NCBI GenBank assembly: GCA_964491475.1
Contig: CAZBFO010000003.1
Coordinates: 253,293 to 317,292 of the forward strand
From: an uncultured Gammaproteobacteria bacterium
GTDB lineage: Bacteria > Patescibacteriota > Patescibacteriia > SG8-24
Direction of reading: 5' to 3'
Length of the DNA: 64,000 nt
Shown here: positions 12,105-22,000 of the stretch, piece after piece
Position numbering within the stretch: the first letter of the stretch is position 1
Layout: each line of letters opens with the position of its first letter
Position numbers and translations under genes: made by a program
Notes under the pieces: model-generated
What the model was told of the DNA's origin: nothing
Databases searched by the model: none
What the model saw: only the letters and a program-made list of their open reading frames with translations

Positions 12105-12133
12105 TTGACTTTGCGGCCATTTTCGGGTGCAAT
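12105..12133 (+). promoter_or_regulatory. Sigma70-like promoter for the permease
   Basis: TTGACT-17 bp-TGCAAT. Confidence 0.5.
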
Positions 12134-12188
12134 GCTCTCTTCGTCCTTTTCATCATGAACGTTGAGGCTGCTTAGCAAGGAGGTCTCG

Positions 12189-13490
12189 ATGCAAAAGCAA
12201 CGCAAGCTCTCGGTCCGACACTTGATCGCCGCCACCTACTTCATGGTGGCCGGCGGCCCCTACGGGCTCGAAGAGATGATCGGAGCTGCCGGCTACTACG
12301 GGGCGATCATCGCGCTCCTGGTGACGCCGGTCATCTGGAGCCTCCCCACCGCCCTCATGGTCAGCGAGCTTTCCAGCGCGCTGCCCGAAGAAGGCGGCTA
12401 CTACGCCTGGGTCAAGCGCGGGCTGGGTCCCTTTTGGGGGTTCCAGGAAGCCTGGCTGTCGCTGATGGCCAGCATCTTCGACATGGCCATTTACCCGACG
12501 CTGTTCGTGCTGTACCTCGGCAGGCTGTGGCCCGCCGTGGCCAGCGGTCCGAACGCCGTCCTGGCCGGCCTGGCGATGATCATCGCCTGCACGCTCTGGA
12601 ACATCCGCGGCTCGCGGGCAGTCGGCGCTTCGTCGGTGGTGATGACCGTGCTGCTGCTGGCGCCGTTTGCGGCACTGGCCGTCTACGGCTTCACCCGGCC
12701 TGCCGCCGCGTGCGCTCCGGAGACGAGGCCGTTCGACCTGACCTCCGCGCTGATGGTCGCCATGTGGAACTACATGGGTTGGGACAACGCCTCGACCGTC
12801 GCCGGCGAAGTGGAGCGTCCGCAGCGGACCTATCCTCTGGCGATGATCGGCACGGTAGTCCTGGTCGCCGTCACCTACGTCATTCCCGTCGCGGCCGTCG
12901 CTACCGTGGGCATTCCGCTCTCCGTTTGGACGACAGGCGCGTGGGCCGACGTCGGCGGCGCGCTTGCCGGCCGATGGCTGTCAGCGGCCGTGGTCATCGG
13001 CGGCATCGTCTGCGCCGTGGGCATGTTCAACGCCCTGGTGATGTCCTATACGCGCGTGCCGCCGGCCTTGGCCGCCGACGGCTTCCTGCCCAAGGCGTTT
13101 GCCAAGACCACCAAGGGTTCTGGCGCGCCGTGGGTGTCGATCATCGTCTGCGCCACCTGCTGGGCGGCCTGCCTCGGCATGGGCTTCTCCCGCCTGGTGG
13201 CGCTCGACGTGATGCTCTACGGCTTGAGCCTGCTGCTGGAGTTCGTAGCCCTGGTCGCCCTGCGCGTCCGCGAGCCGAACTTGGCACGACCGTTCAAAGT
13301 GTGGGGCGGATTGATTGGCGCGGCGTTGGCCGGCGTGGGCCCGATGGTCCTCATCGCCGTGGCGCTGTACCGCAACATGCACGAACGCATCGCCGGCATG
13401 AACGTCCTGCTGTTCGGTGCGCTGCTCGTTGCCGCCGGACCGCTGGTCTACGGCTTGAGCAAGGTGCTGAAGAAGTCGGACAAGAAGTGA
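12189..13490 (+). CDS. APC-superfamily amino acid/polyamine permease
   Basis: About 12 TM helices; GGPYGLE, ELSSALPEEGGYYAWV, WNYMGWD, EVERP, RPF. Confidence 0.92.
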   Translation: MQKQRKLSVRHLIAATYFMVAGGPYGLEEMIGAAGYYGAIIALLVTPVIWSLPTALMVSELSSALPEEGGYYAWVKRGLGPFWGFQEAWLSLMASIFDMAIYPTLFVLYLGRLWPAVASGPNAVLAGLAMIIACTLWNIRGSRAVGASSVVMTVLLLAPFAALAVYGFTRPAAACAPETRPFDLTSALMVAMWNYMGWDNASTVAGEVERPQRTYPLAMIGTVVLVAVTYVIPVAAVATVGIPLSVWTTGAWADVGGALAGRWLSAAVVIGGIVCAVGMFNALVMSYTRVPPALAADGFLPKAFAKTTKGSGAPWVSIIVCATCWAACLGMGFSRLVALDVMLYGLSLLLEFVALVALRVREPNLARPFKVWGGLIGAALAGVGPMVLIAVALYRNMHERIAGMNVLLFGALLVAAGPLVYGLSKVLKKSDKK

Positions 13491-13503
13491 CTTACCGGCA
13501 AAC

Positions 13504-13538
13504 AAAAACCCCGACCGTGCGGTCGGGGTTTTCTTTTT
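13504..13538. terminator. Bidirectional intrinsic terminator
   Basis: aaaaa-ccccgacc-gtgc-ggtcgggg-ttttcttttt. Confidence 0.85.
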
Positions 13539-13808
13539 GAGGGTCTGAAGTCCTGATCAGGCTTTTCGTTTACGACATGCGTGACTGTTTCCTGCTGAAT
13601 CTTCGGGACCGTGCGTCCCTTCTTGTCAGATGACTCTCATTGAACTCTTGGCTTCAGGCCGAGCGCAGCATGGCGCGTCAGCGGAAGCGGGGCGGGGAGT
13701 GAAGATACTGGTCAGGCAAAACTTTTTACTCTGTCCTGCTGAATCTTCCGGACCTGTGCGTCCTACCGTTTAGGTCTCCCGCGCGCGAGGCACGAATTGC
13801 ACAAGACC
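13504..13808 (-). ncRNA. Candidate structured ncRNA of about 300 nt with two copies of an unrecognised motif
   Basis: Own promoter and terminator; no ORF with an SD; two motif copies at 13700-13763 and 13546-13619 with conserved ends and variable middles. Confidence 0.62.
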
Positions 13809-13811
13809 TGA

Positions 13812-13840
13812 AGAATACCAGAAAACCGCCTGTTTGTCAA
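13812..13840 (-). promoter_or_regulatory. Near-consensus sigma70 promoter driving the candidate ncRNA
   Basis: Minus strand TTGACA (13840-13835)-17 bp-TATTCT (13817-13812), with TG extended -10. Confidence 0.75.
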
Positions 13841-13927
13841 CGGTTCCGGAGCTTTTTGGCCAAAATAAGGCTGTTTTTGCACAAAAAAGCGCCCCGACGA
13901 TAGTCGAGGCGTTGGCGTTTCGGTGAA

Positions 13928-15199
13928 TCACTTCCCCGTGGTGAGGTACTGCAGCGCGCGGCCCAGCTGCGTGTCCGCGCCTTTGGCGGCGTCCGCGGGA
14001 TCGGGCTTGACGATCTCGTCGGGCGTGATGCCCTTCTTGTGGATCGAGCGCCCGTTGGGGGTGAACCACAGGAACGAGACGATGATCAGCTCGGCGCCGT
14101 CCGGGAAGCGGACGACGCTTTGGCCGCAACCCTTGCCGTGGGTGGTCTCGCCGAAGACTCGGCCCTTGCCGTAGTCCTGCAGCGCGCCGGCCGTGATCTC
14201 GGAGGCGGAAGCGGAGTGGTTGTTCACCAGCACCGCCGCCGGAATGCCGGCGAAGGGCGCGTAGCCGCGGCAGAGCAACGGCTCGTCTTCCCTGCTGTCC
14301 TTGCGGCCGCCGAGGATGGTGAACGGTCCCTTGGGAATCCAGGCACAGGTGATGAAGCCGGCGACGTCCAGGCGTCCGCCACCGTCATCGCGCAGGTCCA
14401 GGATGATGCCCTTCGCATTGGCCTTGAGCGTGGCGTCGATGGCGTCCTGGAAAAGTCGGCGCGTGTCGTCGGCGAACTGCTCGACGGCGATATAGGCGAC
14501 GACCTTGCCGCCGGAGTTGATCATCCGCCATTTGACCGAAGGCGTGTCGATTTGCGCCCTTTCCAGATGGAAGATGATCGGGTTGTTGGCGGCGCCAGGG
14601 CGCTGGACGGTGACCTTGACCTTGGTTCCGGCGGCACCGCGGATGCGTTTGATGGTCGCCTCGGCCTCCTCGCCCTCGGTGGGCTTGTCGTCGACGGCGA
14701 CCACGATGTCACCGGCCTTGATGCCCGCCTTTTCGGCAGGGGAGCCGCTCATGGTCCCAGTGACCTTGAGCGTGCCGTCCTTGCCGTCGAGCTTCATGCC
14801 GACGCCGACGAAGTGGCCGGAACGCGATTCCTGCGATGCCTTGGCCTCCTTGGGATCCAAGAAGTGCGTGTAGGGATCGTTCAGCGCCTTCACCATGCCC
14901 TTCAAGGCGCCGTAGTACAGCTCCTTGTCGGTGGCATCGCTGGTGATGTGGATCTTGCGGATGAGCTTGTACAGCTCGCGCAGGTCCGTGGTGTCGGCGA
15001 ACGGCGGGATGTCCGAGAGCGGGACCGGCTTGGTGCCGTCGAGCTTCTGCAGGTCCTCGTCGGAGGTGGGCGGGATGACCCGCACCGTGGTCTTGCCCTG
15101 CTGCGGCAGGACGGGCTGGCGGGGGCCTCCCGTGGGAGTTCGCGTGCAGCCCGCGAGCACCATCAGGAGGATGGCGAGAAACGGTTTGAAAGACTTCAC
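13928..15199 (-). CDS. S41 carboxyl-terminal processing protease with PDZ domain, predicted lipoprotein
   Basis: LAGC lipobox, DPYT, GVG/PDZ, LDLRDDGGG, SASASEI, THGKG. Confidence 0.93.
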   Translation of the reverse strand: MKSFKPFLAILLMVLAGCTRTPTGGPRQPVLPQQGKTTVRVIPPTSDEDLQKLDGTKPVPLSDIPPFADTTDLRELYKLIRKIHITSDATDKELYYGALKGMVKALNDPYTHFLDPKEAKASQESRSGHFVGVGMKLDGKDGTLKVTGTMSGSPAEKAGIKAGDIVVAVDDKPTEGEEAEATIKRIRGAAGTKVKVTVQRPGAANNPIIFHLERAQIDTPSVKWRMINSGGKVVAYIAVEQFADDTRRLFQDAIDATLKANAKGIILDLRDDGGGRLDVAGFITCAWIPKGPFTILGGRKDSREDEPLLCRGYAPFAGIPAAVLVNNHSASASEITAGALQDYGKGRVFGETTHGKGCGQSVVRFPDGAELIIVSFLWFTPNGRSIHKKGITPDEIVKPDPADAAKGADTQLGRALQYLTTGK

Positions 15200-15309
15200 G
15201 AGAACTCCGTTGCGTATGAGGGGCGTGAGAAATGAGCTGTATCGAGCTTGCTATGGGTGCCGGGCTTTGTCAAACAAAAATCCCCCGACGTGCATCGGGG
15301 GGAGGGGTG

Positions 15310-16509
15310 CTAGCGGCCGCCGGAAAGGTAGTCGATAGCTCGCTGGAGCTGGGCATCCTTGCCCTTTGCACGGTCTTCGGAGTCGTTGACGACCGTTTCG
15401 TCGGGCGTGATGCCGGTCTTGTTGATGGACCGGCCGTTGGGCGTGAACCACAGGAAGGAGGTCAGGGCAAGCTTGGCGCCGTCGGGGAAGCCGATGATGT
15501 CCTGGCCGCAGCCCTTGCCGTAGCTCTTCTCGCCGATCAGCCGCGCGTGCGCCATGTCTTGGAGCGCGCCGGCCGTGATTTCGGAGGCGGAGGCCGAGCC
15601 CTTGTTGATCAGGACCACCGTGGGCATGTCACGCAACGGTGCTCTGCCTCTGCAGCTGTACGTCTCACGCGCGCCATTCACGCGTTCCGTGATGAGAAAC
15701 GGTTGGTGCGAAATCCAGTTGCAGGATACCGCTTCGGCGGCGCCGAGGTAGCCGCCCGGGTCGTTGCGCAGGTCCAGGATGATGCCTGCGCCGCCCGCGT
15801 CGACGGCTTCCTTGGCCGCCTGGTCGAACAGCTCACCGGTGTCGTCATGAAAGCCGGTGACGGTCACGTGGAGCATGTGTTTGCCGTTGCCCGACCGAAC
15901 GGTCTTCCAGCGGACCGACTTCACCGTGACGGTGTCGCGGATGACGCGGAACTCGCGGATGCCGTCGGAACCGTCGCGGTCGACGGTGAGGGTGATCGGA
16001 GTGCCTTTGGCACCGCGGACCTTGGCTACCACGTCGGACGGCTGCATGCCGTAGGTGTTCTCGCCGTTGACCGTCATGATGACGTCCCCGGCGAGAATGC
16101 CGGCCTTGGCTGCCGGGGAGCCGTCGATGGGCGCCACCACCAGCGGTCGGCCGTCCTTGTTGTCGAGTTCCACGCCGATGCCGGCGAAGTTGCCGGCCAT
16201 ATCCTCGTCGTTCTGCTTGGCAGACGCGGGGTCCATGAAATGGGAGAACGGGTCGTCCTTCATGGCCTCGACCATGCCGCGGATAGCGCCGTAGTACAGT
16301 TCGTCGTCCGTGACGGGCTTCCCGACATGCTTGGCGCGAATCTGCTTCATGGTCTCGACCATGTCGTAGGTGTTCCGCTCGAACGGCGGGGCGTAGACTT
16401 GGTCGCGGGTGGCGAGTTCGGCTCCGTGGAGCAGGCAGACTTTCGCCAAAATAAAAGACCAGACGACGAACGCGATTAGGAGGCGAAGACCTCGAATTGA
16501 CAGCTTCAT
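15310..16509 (-). CDS. S41 carboxyl-terminal processing protease, second paralogue
   Basis: GGAG SD before ATG 16509; DPFS, GIG/PDZ, LDLRNDPGG, SASASEI, SYGKG. Confidence 0.93.
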   Translation of the reverse strand: MKLSIRGLRLLIAFVVWSFILAKVCLLHGAELATRDQVYAPPFERNTYDMVETMKQIRAKHVGKPVTDDELYYGAIRGMVEAMKDDPFSHFMDPASAKQNDEDMAGNFAGIGVELDNKDGRPLVVAPIDGSPAAKAGILAGDVIMTVNGENTYGMQPSDVVAKVRGAKGTPITLTVDRDGSDGIREFRVIRDTVTVKSVRWKTVRSGNGKHMLHVTVTGFHDDTGELFDQAAKEAVDAGGAGIILDLRNDPGGYLGAAEAVSCNWISHQPFLITERVNGARETYSCRGRAPLRDMPTVVLINKGSASASEITAGALQDMAHARLIGEKSYGKGCGQDIIGFPDGAKLALTSFLWFTPNGRSINKTGITPDETVVNDSEDRAKGKDAQLQRAIDYLSGGR

Positions 16510-16666
16510 CGGGAATCTCCAGTTTCTTCGGTAGAAAGGACGTCGGTCAGACCTCACCACAAAAGAGGGCCTTGGTCAATCCTGACGGCCTCGCACTCTT
16601 GATTTTTCGGCCAAATGTGCTACGGTCGCGGCAGGTTCGCTCACAACGCAAGTAAAGGAGAGAAGG

Positions 16667-18034
16667 ATGTCTTCATCTTCGTATGACGTGGTCATTGTCG
16701 GCGGCGGCGTCACCGGTACGGCGGCGCTGTACGCGCTTTCGCGATACAGCAACCTCAAGCGCATCCTGATGGTCGAGCGCCGTCACAATGTGGCGCAGGT
16801 CAACAGCAACGTGGTCAACAACAGCCAGACGCTGCACACGGGAGACATCGAGACCAACTACAGTCTCGAAGCTGCCCTCAAGGTGCGAGCTGGCGCCGAC
16901 CTGGTCGCCGGTTTCGTCGACAACTACGCATCCGACATCTGCCTGCGCATCCACAAGATGGTGCTGGGGGTGGGGGAGCAGGAAGTGCAGAGCCTCAAGG
17001 ACCGGCACAGGGAGTTCGCGGAGCAGTTCCCGGACCTTCGTCTGCTAGGCCGCGAGGAGCTGATCGACGTGGAGCCCATGACCGTCGTCGACCGCAAGGC
17101 GGACGAACCGGTTATTGCCCTGCATACTCACCGGGGGTATGCCGTGGACTACCGGCGGCTGTCCGAGTCGTTCGTGCGTATGGCCAAGGGCGGCGAAGCG
17201 CACATCGACTTCTGCTTCCACCTGGCGGTCAGTGGCATCGAGCGGCGGGAAGGCGGCTTCGTCATCAAAATGGGCGGGGACGAGGTCTTTGCTCGGGCTG
17301 TCATTGTCGCTGCCGGATCGCCCAGCCTGATGTTCGCCCAGGCGCTCGGCTACGGAAGGGAATACGCCATCCTGCCGGTGGCCGGGAGCTTCTACCTCTC
17401 CCGCAACCTTCTCAAGGGCAAGGTCTATACCGTTCAGAACCCGAAGATTCCCTTTGCTGCCGTCCACGGCGATCCCGCCGTCTACGACAGCAAGGAGACG
17501 CGGTTCGGCCCCACGGCGCGGCCCATGCCCCTGCTGGAACGTCACCACTACGCCACCTTCATGGAGTTCATGCGCACCGGCACGGCCACCCCACGCGGCA
17601 TCATCGCCGCCTTGCGGGTGGCAGGCGATTGGGACATCGCCAAGTTCCTCCTGCGGAACGCGGCCTACGACCTGCCCTACTTCGGGAAGCGCATCTTCCT
17701 GAAGGACGCCAAGAAGATTGTTCCGTCGCTGACCGCGGCGGACCTCACCCTCGATCGTGGCGCCGGCGGCATCCGCGGGCAACTGGTCGACAAGCGGGTC
17801 GGCAAGATCGCGCGGGGTCACGACAAGATCGTCGGCGAGGGCATCATTTTCATCATGGCGCCGTCGCCCGGGGCGTCGTATTGTCTCGGCAACGCCGTCG
17901 AGGATGCCCGCACGTTGGGCGCGTTCCTCGGTGACAGTTACCGCTTCGACGAAGAGGGGATGCGGCGCGACTTGGCCATCGATTCGGTGGCCGGACACGT
18001 CGGCATCGGCGCGGCGCGGACGATCACTCCGTAG
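16667..18034 (+). CDS. mqo: FAD-dependent malate:quinone oxidoreductase, Helicobacter/Plasmodium type
   Basis: GGGVTG FAD motif; NSQTLHTGDIETNY, LPVAGSFY, GKVYTVQNPKIPFAAVHGDP and PSPGAS match recalled H. pylori Mqo motifs. Confidence 0.8.
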   Translation: MSSSSYDVVIVGGGVTGTAALYALSRYSNLKRILMVERRHNVAQVNSNVVNNSQTLHTGDIETNYSLEAALKVRAGADLVAGFVDNYASDICLRIHKMVLGVGEQEVQSLKDRHREFAEQFPDLRLLGREELIDVEPMTVVDRKADEPVIALHTHRGYAVDYRRLSESFVRMAKGGEAHIDFCFHLAVSGIERREGGFVIKMGGDEVFARAVIVAAGSPSLMFAQALGYGREYAILPVAGSFYLSRNLLKGKVYTVQNPKIPFAAVHGDPAVYDSKETRFGPTARPMPLLERHHYATFMEFMRTGTATPRGIIAALRVAGDWDIAKFLLRNAAYDLPYFGKRIFLKDAKKIVPSLTAADLTLDRGAGGIRGQLVDKRVGKIARGHDKIVGEGIIFIMAPSPGASYCLGNAVEDARTLGAFLGDSYRFDEEGMRRDLAIDSVAGHVGIGAARTITP

Positions 18035-18241
18035 CACACGTCGTCCTGTACATCTGCAGGACGATTTTTTATTTTCGCAAATGCTGTATACATTTTTTGT
18101 TCAATTAAATGCTTTAAAACATTGCGATATATTTTAAGCATTAAAAAAAGTATTCAGCATTTTTCCCTGCGGGTGATGGGGGAGTGGCAGACGCGGGCCG
18201 AAACGTTTTGCCGAAACGCAAATGCGTGTTACGCTCCGCGC

Positions 18242-18841
18242 ATGATTGCTTCACGCGCAAAAATCACGCAGTTTCTCGGCCAGATATTGCCGTCGTTGGC
18301 GGTGCTTACTTTGGCCATTTTTTCCGCTTACGCGATGACGCAGCAATCGTTGCGCATGAGCGCCAATGATCCGCAGATTCAGCTGGCCGAAGACGTGTCT
18401 GCGGCGCTTGGCAGCGGAAAAAATCCCACCGATTTTTTCGGTGATTTGGCCACGGTGAATCTCGATAAAAGCTTGGCGACTTTCGTGGTGATTTACGATG
18501 CGCAAGGGCGCGCGCTGGCCTCGAATGCCAGCTTGTTCGGCTCGATGCCCAAGCTGCCGAAAGGCGTTCTCGATGCGGCCAAAATCGGCGGGCAAAATCG
18601 CGTTACCTGGCAGCCGAAACCGGGCCTGCGTTTTGCCACGGTGGTCGTTTCGTACGTGCAGCCCGGCGGCGATGCCGGCTTCGTGGTGGCGGGAAGGTCG
18701 TTGCGCGAGGTCGAAAAACGGTATGCGAATCTCGCCTGGATTTCTTTCGCGACCTGGGCGGCGGGCGCAGCATTTTTGCTCCTGTTTTTCGGATGGCTGT
18801 ATCCGCTATACATTGCGATGAGGTTGTCAAACAAACTGTGA
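18242..18841 (+). CDS. Two-TM membrane protein with an extracytoplasmic sensor-like domain
   Basis: N- and C-terminal TM helices flanking ANDPQIQLAED...NRVTWQP...VVAGRSLREVE; lies in an AT-richer patch. Confidence 0.75.
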   Translation: MIASRAKITQFLGQILPSLAVLTLAIFSAYAMTQQSLRMSANDPQIQLAEDVSAALGSGKNPTDFFGDLATVNLDKSLATFVVIYDAQGRALASNASLFGSMPKLPKGVLDAAKIGGQNRVTWQPKPGLRFATVVVSYVQPGGDAGFVVAGRSLREVEKRYANLAWISFATWAAGAAFLLLFFGWLYPLYIAMRLSNKL

Positions 18842-18955
18842 ACTGATTGAGGATAACTGTGCGTGGCTGTCAGCGCGAATGAAAGACGCGCTGATTTTTT
18901 GAGCGAAACGAGCATAATAAAATCAAGCATTTTACGGAGTAATCCACATCACCTT

Positions 18956-18985
18956 TTGGAGGTGGAAGGGGTCTTGCTCTATAAT
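18956..18985 (+). promoter_or_regulatory. Probable promoter of the giant fibre gene
   Basis: Perfect TATAAT at 18980-18985 with a weak TTGGAG -35; 30 nt upstream of ATG 19016. Confidence 0.5.
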
Positions 18986-19015
18986 AGGCGTGTACTCATT
19001 TTTCGCGCCAAGTTC

Positions 19016-22000
19016 ATGCACTTTTGGCGGAACATTTTCCGAAAGCTGCTGTCGCTTGCGATAGGCGTCAGTTTTGTGTTTTTCGGTTTGGCGTCGGCGG
19101 CGAATGCGGCTGTCGGCGTGCCGAAGATTTTGAGCCACCAGGGTCGTCTCCTGGACGCCTCGCAGAACTTGCTCGGCGGTGCGGGCACGAACTACTGTTT
19201 CCGGTTCTCGCTGTACGACGACGCCGCCGTCGGCGGTCCTGACGTCCAGCTGTGGCCGGCCGGTGCGCCGTCGACCATGACGGTCAACGTCAAGAACGGC
19301 GTCTACAACGTCGGCGTCGGTGACGTGGCCGCCGGCGGCGACCTGCTCGACTACGACTTCCAGTCCGGCGATGCCGCCTACCTGAACATCGAGGTGGCCA
19401 ACAGCGTCGCCGGTTCGTGCGTCGGCGTGATCTCGTTCGAGAACCTTTCGCCTCGCCAGCGCGTCATGTCCGCAGGCTACGCCATCAACTCCGACACCGT
19501 CGACGGTTTCCATGCCAAGCAGTCAGCTGACGGCAACTTCATCCCGGCCCTGACCTCCGGCAACCTCATTCTGGGCGCCACCAATCCGCAGATCAACTCC
19601 ACCGGTGCCAACGCGCTGGTCCTCCAGGGCGGCGCCGCGACTGGCGACGTCCAGTTCTTCTCGTCACTGAACAAGCTGACCTCGGCCGGCGACCTGACCG
19701 TGGCCGGTACGGTGACCAACGCCGGCGTGATCATCAACGGCGCGACCACCGACATCAAGACGGGAGCAAACGAGGACTTGGCTCTCGACGCCTCGGGCAC
19801 GGGCAACATCGTCTTCGTGGGCGTGGACTGCTCCGGTTACGCCAACGGCGGCAAGCTGACCACCAACGCTTCGGGCGTGGTCACTTGCGCCAACGACGAC
19901 AGCACGTCTGGCGGCGGCACGGTTACCAGCATCGATGGCAGCGGCGGCACCACCGGTCTTACGTTTAGCGGCGGTCCGGTGACCACTTCGGGCACGCTGA
20001 CGTTGGGCGGCACGCTGGGTGCGGCCAACGGCGGTACCGGTCTGACCTCTTTCACCGTCGGTGACATCCTTTACGCTTCCGGTCCCACGACCTTCTCCAA
20101 GCTTGGCATCGGCTCTGCCGGCCAGGTGTTGAAGGTGGCAGGCGGCATTCCGACCTGGGGTACGGACAACAACACTACTTATACGGCGGGTACCGGCATC
20201 TCCATCAGCCTCGGCAATGTCATCTCGAATACTGGCGTGGTTTCGGAAGCGGACACCTTGGCGACGGTCACCGGCCGCGGCGCGACCACTTCTACGGCTT
20301 CTTCCTTCAACGGCGGCGCTTCGGTGCGCGGTCTGACGGTCGACTCCGCGACCGTCACCAACGATAAGATTTTGGTCAGCATCACCACCGTCGGCGGCGC
20401 CTCTTTCAACGGCACCATTACCAACGCCGACCTTACCGCCGCTCGTACCTACACGCTGCCCGACGTCACCGGCACCTTTATCGTTACGGGATCGGCTGCA
20501 GGCGGCGATTTGACCGGCACCTATCCGAATCCGACCATCGCAGCAGATGCCGTCGCTCTCGGTACCGACACCACGGGCAACTATGTGGCGACCGTTTCGG
20601 GCGGAGGTCCCATTTCCGTGAGCGGTACGGGTGAAGGCGCGGCTGTAACGGTTTCCTGTCCGACCTGTCTGGTTACGGGCGGTTCGCTTTGGACGCTTGC
20701 GGCCTCGGCCGGTTCCGATTCGACCATCTCGCAGGGCGACACCGCGACCTTCGCTGCGGGTTCCAGCAAGGTGACCACGACGAACGACGGCGCCGGCACC
20801 GTCTCTATCGACGTGGCCGAGGCCAATTTGAACTTGAACAACATCGGCGGCAGCCTCGACCTCTCCACCCAGACCACCGGCACCATCAGCCTGACCACCC
20901 AGGTGACCGGCGTCCTGCCTATCGCCAATGGCGGCACCAACGGCTCGTCGTTCACCACCAACACGCTGACGTACTTCGACGGCACGTCGATCGTTTCTAC
21001 CGGCATCAACCCGTCGAGCGTGGTGACCACCACTAACGTCAGCTCCAATGCCGTCACCTCGGTGACCGCGGGCAATGGCCTCACGGGCGGCGGCGGACCG
21101 GGCGCGATCACCGTCCATGTCGGCGCGGGCAACGGCATCGCCGTGGCAGCCAACGACGTCTCGGTTGCCGTCACTTCCAGCGGGACCACCGCCACGACCT
21201 CGTCGAACTCCGGCATCGAGTCCACCTCCACGGGCATCCGCCTGCTGGGCGGCTGCACTGGCGGTGAGATTCTGAAGTGGAACTCCGGCACGAGCACTTG
21301 GGACTGCTCTGCGGATTCGACTGCCGGTACGCTGACCGCACGCGAAACTGACGGCTCGCCGTCACTGGCAGCCACTACTATAGAGTTTGGCCCCACCAGC
21401 AGCTCCGATGATGAATTCGTCGTCACCAATGAGGGTTCCGGCGTCGCCCGCGTGCGCACGGGCACCAAGATCCCGCGCACTGACGTCGCGGCGACAGTCA
21501 CCGGCGGCTGGACTTTCAATTCGGCAACCTCCTTTACCTCGACCGTCGACGCTTCCGGTGCGACCTTCCTCGGCGCCACGCCCCTCATCTTTGAGGGCGG
21601 CACTGTCGACGCGTTCAAGACCGCCTTCAACATCACCGATCCGACTGCATCCAACACCATCACTTTCCCTGACGCTTCCGGTACGGTGGCCGTTTCGGCT
21701 TCGGGTCCGATTTCTTTGAGCGCGGCAGGCAACATCTCCTGTCCGACCTGTCTGGTGAGCGGCAGTTCGTTGTGGACCTCTGCCGGTGACGTCGGTTCGT
21801 TTGCGGTTTCGCAGGGCGGCACCGCCACGTTCGCAGGCGGCCTCGGCATCGACACTTCCGCAGCCGGTTCTACGGTGACCATTGCGGTAGATGAATCCGC
21901 CCTCGACCTCGCCAACATCGGCGGGTTCCTGGACCTTTCGACCCAGACCACCGGCACCATCAGCCTGACCACCCAGGTCTCGGGCGTCCTCCCGATCGCC

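Noticed and set aside
5800-13500. Integron cassette array explaining the run of short stand-alone genes
   Set aside because: Spacers look like ordinary terminators and promoters. No recurring attC-like GTTRRRY structure and no integrase.
13735-13760. CAGGUCCGGAAG...CAGCAG similarity to SRP RNA helix 8
   Set aside because: The GGAAGGAAGCAG pairing is not preserved, the second copy lacks the GGAA loop, and a GGAC/GUCC hairpin explains both copies better. Not called as ffs.
13546-13763. Tandem glycine riboswitch or mini-CRISPR interpretation of the two repeats
   Set aside because: The GGAGA...CCGAAG...CUCUCAGG consensus is not met and there is no downstream gene on that strand. Only two imperfect copies and no cas genes.
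18060-18960. Replication origin
   Set aside because: Only two imperfect DnaA-like boxes, no dnaA or dnaN nearby, and a CDS occupies most of the region.
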